From Pseudogymnoascus verrucosus (taxonomy: Eukaryota), in assembly GCA_001662655.1 (NCBI GenBank), contig KV460206.1: a DNA stretch of 64,000 nucleotides, one strand, 5' to 3'. Shown piece after piece: positions 27,158 to 36,251 of this stretch (positions are counted from its first letter, which is position 1; each line of letters opens with the position of its first letter). The notes beneath the pieces were generated by a model that was not told where the DNA came from, did no database searches, and was given only the letters and a program-made list of their open reading frames with translations. The translations under genes were made by a program, and so were the position numbers.

Positions 27158-27188
27158 CTCCGCGGTGAGGCGGCAGGAGGCTCCGCGG
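27158..27188 (+). promoter_or_regulatory. Two NirA/NIT4-type nitrate-response boxes (CTCCGCGG x2) upstream of P450nor
   Basis: CTCCGCGG at 27158-27165 and 27181-27188 both match the Aspergillus NirA consensus CTCCGHGG; a HGATAR (AreA-type) site lies on the minus strand at 27018-27023. Confidence 0.65.
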
Positions 27189-27485
27189 GAGCGGCTGAAA
27201 CCTCAACGGGTACGACGCCACCAGGCACTATGACGATTTAATATTCCGATCGTTCTCGTAACTTGTGTTGCAAATTTGATATTGACTCATTTTATAGCTA
27301 CAATCATGCGTTGTAAGAGTCAAAGCAAAAGGCTGACTGAGCCATACGATACCCGGAACAGGCGGTTTGCCTAGTTGTCGACAAGGGAACAAAAAGTATA
27401 TGAGCTCGTGCAGGTCGCTGGTAACTGAAATTTTTGTAGACCATCACCCATCTCTATTACTGCACTTTGAATCATACCTTTCAAG

Positions 27486-29229
27486 ATGCTTGCCTTCAGA
27501 CCCATTTCCTCCTTGAGCTCTTCGAAGTCGTCGGTCTTCAGAATCTCCAAAACTGCCCTGAAATCCATGTCTACAACTGCAGGTAAGAAAGAGTCCGTTT
27601 ACCTCCGTCACTCTGATAATAATTATGTTGGTTGATAGGCACGCCAAAGTTTCCTTTCTCTCGCCCCCGCGGAGCAGAGCCAGCAGAAGAATATGCCCAC
27701 CTCCGAGCCACCGACCCCGTATCCAAGGTCGAGCTCTGGGATGGAAGCCAAGCATGGCTCGTTGTTAAACACAAAGATATCTGCAGTGTCCTCACTGACG
27801 AGCGCCTTTCGAAGCAACGCAACCGTCCTGGCTTCCCAGAGCTCGACCAGGGTGGAAAGGAGGCAGCGAAGCGAAAGCCGACATTTGTTGATATGGACAA
27901 GCCGGACCACATGAAGTCAAGGTAGCAAATCCGATAATCCAATACTAGAGCTGGGCTAATATGTTTTGATCTCACAGGGGCATGATCGAAGACATTTTCT
28001 CGCGCGAGGCTATTGAGAGAATGCGTCCCAGCATTCAGAATACTGTTGATACTCTTCTTGACGAGATGATAAAGGATGGCTGCAAGAATCCGGTTGATGT
28101 CGTGGAGAAGCTGGCTCTCCCGGTTGCATCTTACGTGAGTTTTCTATCTCTTGCAAAAAAATCGAATGCTGACATATTTGGTTGCTTTCTTAGACCATTT
28201 ACGGAATCCTTGGTGTACCATTCGAAGACCTCAAGTTTCTCACACACCAAGCCGCCATCCGCAGTAATGGAAGCGCTACCGCAACAGCCGCATCCCAAGC
28301 AAACCAGTGAGTTTCACGTATTTCCTCATTGGCGTTCGTTTCTAACGAACCATTTAGGGACCTCCTCGACTATATCGGGGGGTTGGTTGACAAGAGAGTT
28401 TCTGAGCCGAATGGCGATCTCATCAGCAAACTTGTAACAGAACAGGTGAGTAAAACTCCTCCTGTCTATTGACCAGATAACTCTTACTAATATTCTCTGC
28501 CAGCTCGTGCCGGGTCACATTCAGCGAGACGACGCCATTCAGATGGCGTTCTTAATGCTCGTTGCAGGAAACGCTACCATGGTCAACATGATTAATCTGG
28601 TTAGTCATTCCACAAACTGTTCAGAGAATTAACTGACATGCTCGATTTTCTGTTTCATAGGGAATAGTTACCTTGTTTGAGAATCCCGCCCAACTCGCGG
28701 ATCTGAAGAAAGCTCCATCTCTCGCACCAATTTTCGTCGAGGAGCTATGCCGTTTCCACACTGCCTCTGCCCTAGCCACTCGACGTGTGGCCAAGGTTGA
28801 CATCACCCTAGGTGGCAAGGTAAGGCTCATTTTCCACAGTTTTGCATCTATTACTGACTCGTGAACCCCGCAGACAATTAAAGCCGGCGAAGGAATAATT
28901 GCAGCCACACAATCCGGAAACCGCGATGCCGACGTCTTCCAGAACCCCGATACATTTGACATGTACAGGAAGCGCGGGACCGAATCAGCCTTCGGTTACG
29001 GATATGGAGAGCATCGTTGTGTTGCGGAGGGGCTTGCTCGCACTGAGTTGGAGATCGTCTTCTGTAAGCAGTTTTCCTCTTGCATTCTAACTTTCACGGC
29101 TAACAAATGATTACAGCTACTTTGTTCCAGAGGCTCCCAAATTTGAAGCTGGCAGTTCCGCTGGATCAGGTCAAGTACTCACCTCCAGAGCGTGATGTTG
29201 GCATTACTGAGCTCCCAATCACTTGGTAA
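27486..29229 (+). CDS. CYP55: Cytochrome P450nor (CYP55) nitric oxide reductase
   Basis: Nine exons: 27486/27567-27582, 27639-27921, 27978-28134, 28194-28306, 28358-28445, 28504-28599, 28661-28819, 28874-29063, 29117-29229; 404 aa from the second ATG. CYP55 motifs: PKFPFSR, RPGFPEL..GGK.AAK.KPTFVDMD, AIRSNGS, LVAGNATMVNMI, EELCRFHTASALA, heme GYGEHRCVA, RDVGITELP. No N-terminal membrane anchor. Confidence 0.96.
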
Positions 29230-29671
29230 TACGATATGAGAAGTTCATTCATAACCCCTCGAATTAGACGAGCGCGGCTGTCATTAGATTTCATGTTATC
29301 TGGGGGAAAAAGTTAACATGTGGAGACAATCCCCACTGCTGTATTTTAACAAACGGAGTTCAGGTTTTCTTTTGTACTTTTCTCTTTCTGTAGAACTACC
29401 TTTCGCCGATCATAGAGGCGGCTTAAAAAAATATAAGAAGGCCACCAATAATATGATTATTATACGGCTAGGGCCTCATCTGCCTAAAACATCTTCCCCT
29501 TACATGTGCATGTTTAACTTTAACCAGTTTGACTGGCTGAAGTGTGGGGATATTAACCATCTATGTAATCCGTGTAAGGTTTGCCAAACACTTAGAATCG
29601 GCAAAAAATAGATCAAAAACAAAAACAAAAAAAATTGACTGGTCTACTTAAGAGTAGATGGTTCTGAAATA

Positions 29672-29764
29672 TTCCGAACCGGGGAGTCGAACCCCGCGCA
29701 ACCGCGGATTCATAATTCTTTCGAATGGTGAGAGGCGGATATGTTACCGATACACCAGTTCGGA
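29672..29764 (-). tRNA. tRNA-Glu (CUC) with 22-nt intron
   Basis: Minus strand reads TCCGAAC...TCCGC-CT-CTC-A-[CCATTCGAAAGAATTATGAATC]-C-GCGGT...GGGGTTCGACTCCCC-GGTTCGGA. The acceptor and T stems pair, and the intron is at canonical 37/38. Confidence 0.92.
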
Positions 29765-30204
29765 GTGGGGTTGTTGTGCCGAACTAGTTATTAGGGTTGC
29801 AGTAGTTCTCGGTAGCATTTGTTAAATCTTCGGTATATGGCTCCGGCTGTAATCCTTGTTTAAACTAGGCAAGTATCCGCATTCCTAATTATCGACGGTT
29901 TCCCACGTATCATGAGATGATTCCTATAGAATCAAGAAGCTGATTTTCCATGAATTCCGCAATGGTGGCTGCAACAATTGCAATTTCATTGAGAGATTTT
30001 CAGGGATTTTCACTTACAGAATCATTCATTTAAAACGGAAATGAATGTTAATATGTCCCCACCTATAAGCCCATGAGCAACGGGCCATAGGAACGGCACA
30101 AAAAGTATATAATAATCATGTCTAGTCCACAGAGTATGTCGTGAGTTTCATCTGTCCATATTCTTCAGGCCGCCCGTTATTTGTCAGATTTAACTTAGTT
30201 CAGT

Positions 30205-31610
30205 ATGATATCCAAGGTCGCAGCTCTCGCCGCTGTTGTGACCGCTGCTCACGCCCAGTCAGCATGCACCCTCACTGCCTAAACTCATCCTTCCATGGCC
30301 TGGTCCAAGTGCGCCATGGGAGGCACTTGCACAAGTCAACAGGGATCCGTCGTCATCGACTCAAACTGGCGCTGGCTTCACACCACTGACGGGTATGTCA
30401 ACTGTTACACCGGCAACGAGTGGGATGCAGCGCTCTGCCCTTCCAATGCGGAGTGTGCTACGACATGCTGTCTTGATGGCGCCGACTAGGGGGCACTTAT
30501 GGTGCTACGACTAATGGTGATGCGTTGACATTGAAATTTGTCGCTGAGGGCGAATTCAGCACGAATATCGGCAGCCGTCTGTATCTACTTGAGTCGGGGA
30601 GCAAGTATCAGGGCTTAACTCTGCTGGGGAATGAGTTCACCTTTGATGTCGATGTATCTAATCTGGAGTGAGTATAATTTGCATGATTTCGTATCACATT
30701 AGCTAATAAGGGGAATTAGCTGCGGTATTAATGGGGCTCTTTACATCTCGTCCATGGACTTGGATGGTGGTGTAAGAAAGTTTTCTAGCAACACGGCTGG
30801 TCCAAAATGCGGAACTGGATACTGCGACTCTCAATGTCCGCGGGACGTCAATTTTATTGACGGTGAAGTAAGATGTTCATTCCCCAATTGAAGACGCTAT
30901 AAAACTAACTTGCAACCAGGCTAATGTGGAAAGCTGGGCCGCTTCCTCCAACGATGCAAACGCTGACATTGGCACCCTTGGTGCTTGCTGTGCCGAGATG
31001 GATATCTGGGAGGCCAACAAGGTCGCAACAGCCTAAACCCCTCATCCTTGCACCAATGGTGCATACCATTCACGCGTTGGAGATGCATGCGGCGGCACAT
31101 ATTCAACAGACCGTTATGGTGGCAACTGCGACCCCGATGGATGTGACTTCAACAGTTACCATCAAGGTGATCTGACCTTCTACGGCCCTGGCGACAGTTT
31201 CACCGTTGATTCTACAAAGCCCATGACAGTTGTCACCCAGTTTCTCACTGGGTCCAATGGCGCCTAAGTGATATCAAACGCTTTTACTCCAGGATGACAA
31301 GGCTCTCGCCAACTCGGAGAGTTTGATTACCGGTGTCTCTGGAAATTCCGTTACTGAAGACTACTGCGTGGCGCAAAGGGCAGCTTTTGGTGACAACACT
31401 TCTTTCATGGACAAAGGAGGCTTAGCCACACTGAGCGCGGCATTAGCTAAGCCCATGGTCCTGGTCATGTCCCTTTGGGACGACCATGCTGCTAACATGC
31501 TTTGGCTCGACTCCACCTACCCCATGGACAGTACCAAGCTCGGCGCTACTCGTGGCTCCTGCGCTACGAGCTCTGGTGTGCCCGCTGATGTCGATGCTGA
31601 GCAGCCTCGA
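30205..31610 (+). pseudogene. GH7 cellobiohydrolase I pseudogene
   Basis: Signal peptide [36 protein letters not shown], catalytic [24 protein letters not shown]. In-frame stops at 30280, 30487 and 31034; frameshifts near 30490 and 31262-31290; C-terminus missing. Confidence 0.9.
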
Positions 31611-31982
31611 GGTACGGTCACAGTCCAGGCCGGCAACAACTTATTTTCCAATATGAAGGGACATGCTTTCGATATATACGATAGCACTAGTGCCCTACTG
31701 GAAGGTAACATGTTTGGAAGCGTTGATTCACCAATGGCGAGTTACACTGGACTAATCTACAATGTCCCTGATTCGAGTAGTGCCTCGGCTTGTTCGAGTA
31801 CCCTTGGCCGGGCGTGCGAAGTCAACACAGTGACGGGCTCGGGCGGCTGGCCGAGCTTGACGAATACAGCTGCGTTGACTACAATTAACAGGTATACATC
31901 CAAGATGTATGTGGTTACGCCTCTTCCAGATAGTAGCGTTAAGAGTAAGTTTACGGGCAACGCTGGGGTTGGGGATATCTGA
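31611..31982 (+). pseudogene. Pectin lyase (PL1) C-terminal fragment fused in frame to the GH7 relic
   Basis: [18 protein letters not shown]...[24 protein letters not shown] and the NAGVG terminus resemble fungal pectin lyase C-termini; the N-terminal part is absent. Confidence 0.75.
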
Positions 31983-33630
31983 GAAATGAGACATGTGGAA
32001 TGAAGCTACTACTCCATAAGTGGAATCTGCTATAGTTCACCCTATGTGCGCAGAGCTGTATATAGGACTGCAAATAAGTTTCTATATAGGACTGTATATA
32101 TGTCAATAATGGCGCAGCAGTGTCAGCCGTACTCTCCCCTCCCCGTCAAGCTTAATATGATGTGCACATATACCAGCAAGGTGCCTCTGTGCTACAGATG
32201 TTCCCATACAGATTTCACGCAAAGATTGGGGGAACCTTACTTTACGGGCCGCAACTACACACCCTCGTGCCCACCTGTGCAAGGGTTCCATTGGTGCGAG
32301 ATTCGTATCGACAGGAGGGTATTCCCAGCTGATACTACAGTAATATATTACGCAGAGAAGCGGCCAAGAGAGCTGACACTTTGCGGGGAAACGGCGATGA
32401 GAACGTGGGGTACAGTTCAAACGCGTGGCAACGTTGTCTATATGTCAATAGAGTGTTGGTAATATTGGGCTGGGATGATAATATGGTGATCCGTTCAGCT
32501 CGCGGGCCGTGCTGACAGCACCAAGACAGTAGGAACTAACTCAGCTTATTTTGGTAAACCGCGCTGATTCGACGACGCCGCTCCAGCGGCCACCCCGGTT
32601 GGCGCTAATGGCGAGGTTGGAGGCTACTGCCAAGACGGGTCTATTCCGACCGGCCGGTCACTCTTCGACCGAGACTATGAACAACTAATATCTAACATCT
32701 AACATCGATGAAAGACAATATTGATGAGATGACTGTGGGTAAGAAAAGAAACATCAGCTCTCGGAGAACTCCATATATTTATTTTATCTTCTCAGCTCCC
32801 TCTATGGAATGGGGAATGGGGCAACTTGACCCCGGTGCCAAAAATGTATTCAACTGTCAGCCGCCCGCCGCCACTTAGCTAACGTCATCGTGGTGGGTTG
32901 GGCGTTTTCCGTTTCTGGAGACGAAGGCTGCGGGTTAACCGCCCACGCCCCCAAAGAAAATGTGTCTCGGTCCTGCGGGCCTTAGCTCTCTTTTTTGCCT
33001 TGTTCTAGACCAGTTACTCTAGCTTCTCCGCCCGACCGACCCTTAGAAAGCCACCCACCCGCTGTTTAGGTAACCAGGTCAGTCCACTTACACTGCCAAT
33101 TTCCAGTGTCAATCCCGAAGGAGTGCCTGAACCACAAGACATCTACATGGGGCCAAAAACGAGACATAGATGCGGAATGCGCCACTATTGATTCGTTCGG
33201 GGCAGTGCCGGTATCCATTGAACCTATCGGCACGCTGCTCCGGGGGTGTCAGCACTGCATTTGCTATTGCGGTTTGGCCGGCCGAGAGTGTGTGCAACCC
33301 CGTTTTCGGTGTGGGTGAACCACAAGTTCACTGCCTAAACGGGGTATCACATCACACCACGAGAGGCTGCTGTTGACGTCGAGGTTACCACCACATGTGA
33401 GTTTCTCCTGCTTCTCCTGCTTCTCCTGCCGCTTGACGCGTCTATAACCCTCTTTGTTCCTTCGTTCTTCTTTCTTCTTTTATCGTTTACGTTTGCTATT
33501 ATAGCAGACATAAACAACCTCATCTCTCTGTCTCACTCTCTCCCTCCCTCAAATTTCATAAAAGAGCCACTGAGGTGGACTCATCCTTGATATCATACCT
33601 GACTATCCTGCGCATAACCTCACTGCCAGG

Positions 33631-35091
33631 ATGAGCTACTTCCGCGCACCAGTGAGTGCGTCGTGGAGAGCAGCATCGTCGCAAAGACAGAATTTCATGC
33701 TCTCAAACAGAGCTCTCATCTCCTCTCCACTTCTACTCAGAGGGGCTGGATCGATTTCATCACGTGGAGTTGCAACGACAACAACAGCCGCCAATACCAG
33801 TCGCTTTGGAAAGCGAGCCCGTATTATTCTCATCGCGGTCTCCGCTTCTGTCTCTATCGGCCTGTCCATGTACACTGGAGGCAAGGATACAACTCGATCG
33901 AGCTTGGTCTCCTCAGACAAGAATCCAAACACAGCAGTTTCCGCCGTCTCGGGAAAGCAAGCAACTCGCCAAAATGATGGAAAACAAAAACCTGTAATGA
34001 CATTGGAGCCAGTCTCATCGCAGCCTTCCATCTCCTTCGTGCGACCAGGAGAAGTTACAGATGAGCACTTGAAGATCTACGATGCCATTGAGGACGGGGA
34101 CCTCGATATATCGAAACTGCCAAGAGAGAACGCGGTTCTCACAGCCGCCCCATTTGTCCCTCCGCCCATCACTCGCGACTACCCCGTTCTCCTCCAAGTG
34201 CCAATGGTGACGACGACCAAAGAAACACAGCTGACGAGCCAGTTCAAGTACGAGCAGTGGACCTTCAACGACATGGTTCCGGGACCATTTATCCGAGCAC
34301 GAGTTGGTGATGTGGTGGAGCTGTCGTTGACGAACAAGGACGAGTCGGGAAATCCACACAACATCGACTGTCACGCCTTTACTGGTCCCGGGGGTGGCGC
34401 CGCACTGACGACTGCCGAAGAGAACCAGACCAAGACGGCGAACTTCAAGCTCCTAACCCCAGGAATATACCTATACCACTGCGCCGCGGCCCCAGTGCCC
34501 GTGCACATCGCGAACGGCATGTACGGTCTCATCTACGTCCAACCAGCCGAAGGAGATCTCCCACCCGTCGACCGCGAATACTACGTCATGCAGAGCGAAT
34601 TCTACTACGAGCCCCCGGAGGTTCTCGAGAACGGACGCAAATCGGATACTGTCGAATTCTCATACCCAAATGCCATGCGCGAGGAGCCTGATATTGTTGT
34701 CTTCAACGGCCGCGAGTCAGCGATGACGCGTGATGCACCGCTCAAGGCGGAGGTCGGCGAATCTGTTCGTATTTTCTTCGGTAACGCGGGTCCTAATCTC
34801 ACGAGCTCGTTTCATGTCATCGGAGGCAACTTCAGGAAAGTGTATCGTGATGGCGACGTCCTCAGCCCGCCGGCGAACTTTGTGCAGACTATCAGCGTTC
34901 CACCAGGCTCTGCGTCGATCGTGGATATGAAGATGGCCGTTCCCGGGACATATGCGTTGGTGGACCATGCGATATTCCGGTTGGACAAGGGTGCGGTTGG
35001 GTATTTGAATGTTTCGGGGCAGCAGAAGACTGAGATTACGACGAGTAAGGAGCATGCGGAGCCGTGCGTGGGATGCAAGTTACACCCATAA
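33631..35091 (+). CDS. nirK: Copper-containing dissimilatory nitrite reductase (NO-forming)
   Basis: Intronless, 486 aa. Motifs WTFN..VPGPFIRARVGD, HNIDCH, YHC, HIANGM, SSFHVIG and YALVDH give full type 1/type 2 Cu ligands plus catalytic Asp/His. Arg/Ser-rich presequence followed by a hydrophobic segment. Confidence 0.97.
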   Translation: MSYFRAPVSASWRAASSQRQNFMLSNRALISSPLLLRGAGSISSRGVATTTTAANTSRFGKRARIILIAVSASVSIGLSMYTGGKDTTRSSLVSSDKNPNTAVSAVSGKQATRQNDGKQKPVMTLEPVSSQPSISFVRPGEVTDEHLKIYDAIEDGDLDISKLPRENAVLTAAPFVPPPITRDYPVLLQVPMVTTTKETQLTSQFKYEQWTFNDMVPGPFIRARVGDVVELSLTNKDESGNPHNIDCHAFTGPGGGAALTTAEENQTKTANFKLLTPGIYLYHCAAAPVPVHIANGMYGLIYVQPAEGDLPPVDREYYVMQSEFYYEPPEVLENGRKSDTVEFSYPNAMREEPDIVVFNGRESAMTRDAPLKAEVGESVRIFFGNAGPNLTSSFHVIGGNFRKVYRDGDVLSPPANFVQTISVPPGSASIVDMKMAVPGTYALVDHAIFRLDKGAVGYLNVSGQQKTEITTSKEHAEPCVGCKLHP

Positions 35092-35468
35092 GTTACCGGG
35101 GAGGGCATTCTGATGAAGTTCACGATTCATTTCGTTTTCTTTGCTTTTTGTGATTGTGCTTTTCCAGCGGCATTCCCTTTGTTTTTGCAAACTCGCGTCA
35201 TGGTGTGTGGTCGGTTGCTTGCACTAGAAATAGTGGATATTGCTTTTCTATTCGAGACACAACTATCAATCTTGATGGATAGATCAAGGCGAAATAGATT
35301 TTTTTCCGATGGACTCATTGAAATTTAATCTATGCTCATGTTTGCCAACTCATAATTGCACGCCCTACTCCTGCCGCATTCCTATCCTTACGTCATTGCC
35401 GTTGGTCCTATTTAACGAATCAGCATTGTTAGAGGTTGTAATACGGCGATTTAATATAACCCACAGTA

Positions 35469-35807
35469 TCAAAATAAATACATCCACAAAAAAACGATTC
35501 CCAGGACAGCCGAGAAAGCCATTATATAACGTGTTCTAAACCGTCTCAAATGTCCAACGAACGCCCGATAGTCCTCAGCCCGTCTTTTCTGCGCAAATTC
35601 GTCGGTGGCTTTTGCCATTTCTTTTTCAAGTTCGTATTCGTAGGCAAGGTTTTCTCGAAAGACGTCTGCCACGGCTTTGACGCGGCGGTCAAGGGCGGCT
35701 TTGGCGTTGGCGGCTTCGAGTTGATCGGGTGGAATGGAGGGAGCTTGTGGTGGTGGATTTGCGGGGCCTCCTTTCGTTTTGCTATTCATCATGGCTATAG
35801 ATGACAT
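35469..35807 (-). CDS. Small hypothetical helical protein with C-terminal hydrophobic anchor
   Basis: 112-aa ORF from ATG 35807; charged helical core and terminal YIMAFSAVLGIVFLWMYLF. No family recognised. Confidence 0.55.
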   Translation of the reverse strand: MSSIAMMNSKTKGGPANPPPQAPSIPPDQLEAANAKAALDRRVKAVADVFRENLAYEYELEKEMAKATDEFAQKRRAEDYRAFVGHLRRFRTRYIMAFSAVLGIVFLWMYLF

Positions 35808-36251
35808 TTTGAGTTTTGAGTTTTGAGTGTTGAGATTTGATGTTGTGGGAGGAATGTGCGACTTGCGTGTGTTCGGAGGGATCATACGTCTCGCTAGGTT
35901 TGTTTTCTAACATCTGATAAAATTCTGGTCTGATGAGACCCTTACTTAAGGGCTGTTGTATTACCTCACTGAGTAGGATGTTACCACCTCTTATTTGACA
36001 ATAACACTTCTTGCTGGTTGATAAACACACATTTCTATCCACAGATCTTGCTGTTTTAATATTTTGTACATTCGTCCAGTTATCGTACACTGAGTGGATT
36101 GGCATCCTCTATTCTTCATTTCCTCGGCGAATTCAAACTCACCGAAGTTTGAATTCCACCCTCCCTATCGCTTACCTCTCTCCCTTTCTGCTCCAGAGGA
36201 TAACAAATATCTTCAAGACTGTCCGTGATGCTGCAGAGCTCATGCGGGCCA

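Noticed and set aside
31323..31982. 219-aa ORF as a functional GH7-PL1 fusion enzyme
   Set aside because: No ATG start or signal peptide; the GH7 catalytic motif lies upstream behind stops and frameshifts; only the lyase tail is present.
32046..32703. Cys-containing ORF between the pseudogene and nirK as a cluster gene
   Set aside because: No recognisable domain or splice pattern and several stops downstream; cannot be supported without a homology search.
35065..35088. Heme-c attachment site at the NirK C-terminus
   Set aside because: The sequence is CxxCKLH, not CxxCH, and no cytochrome domain follows.
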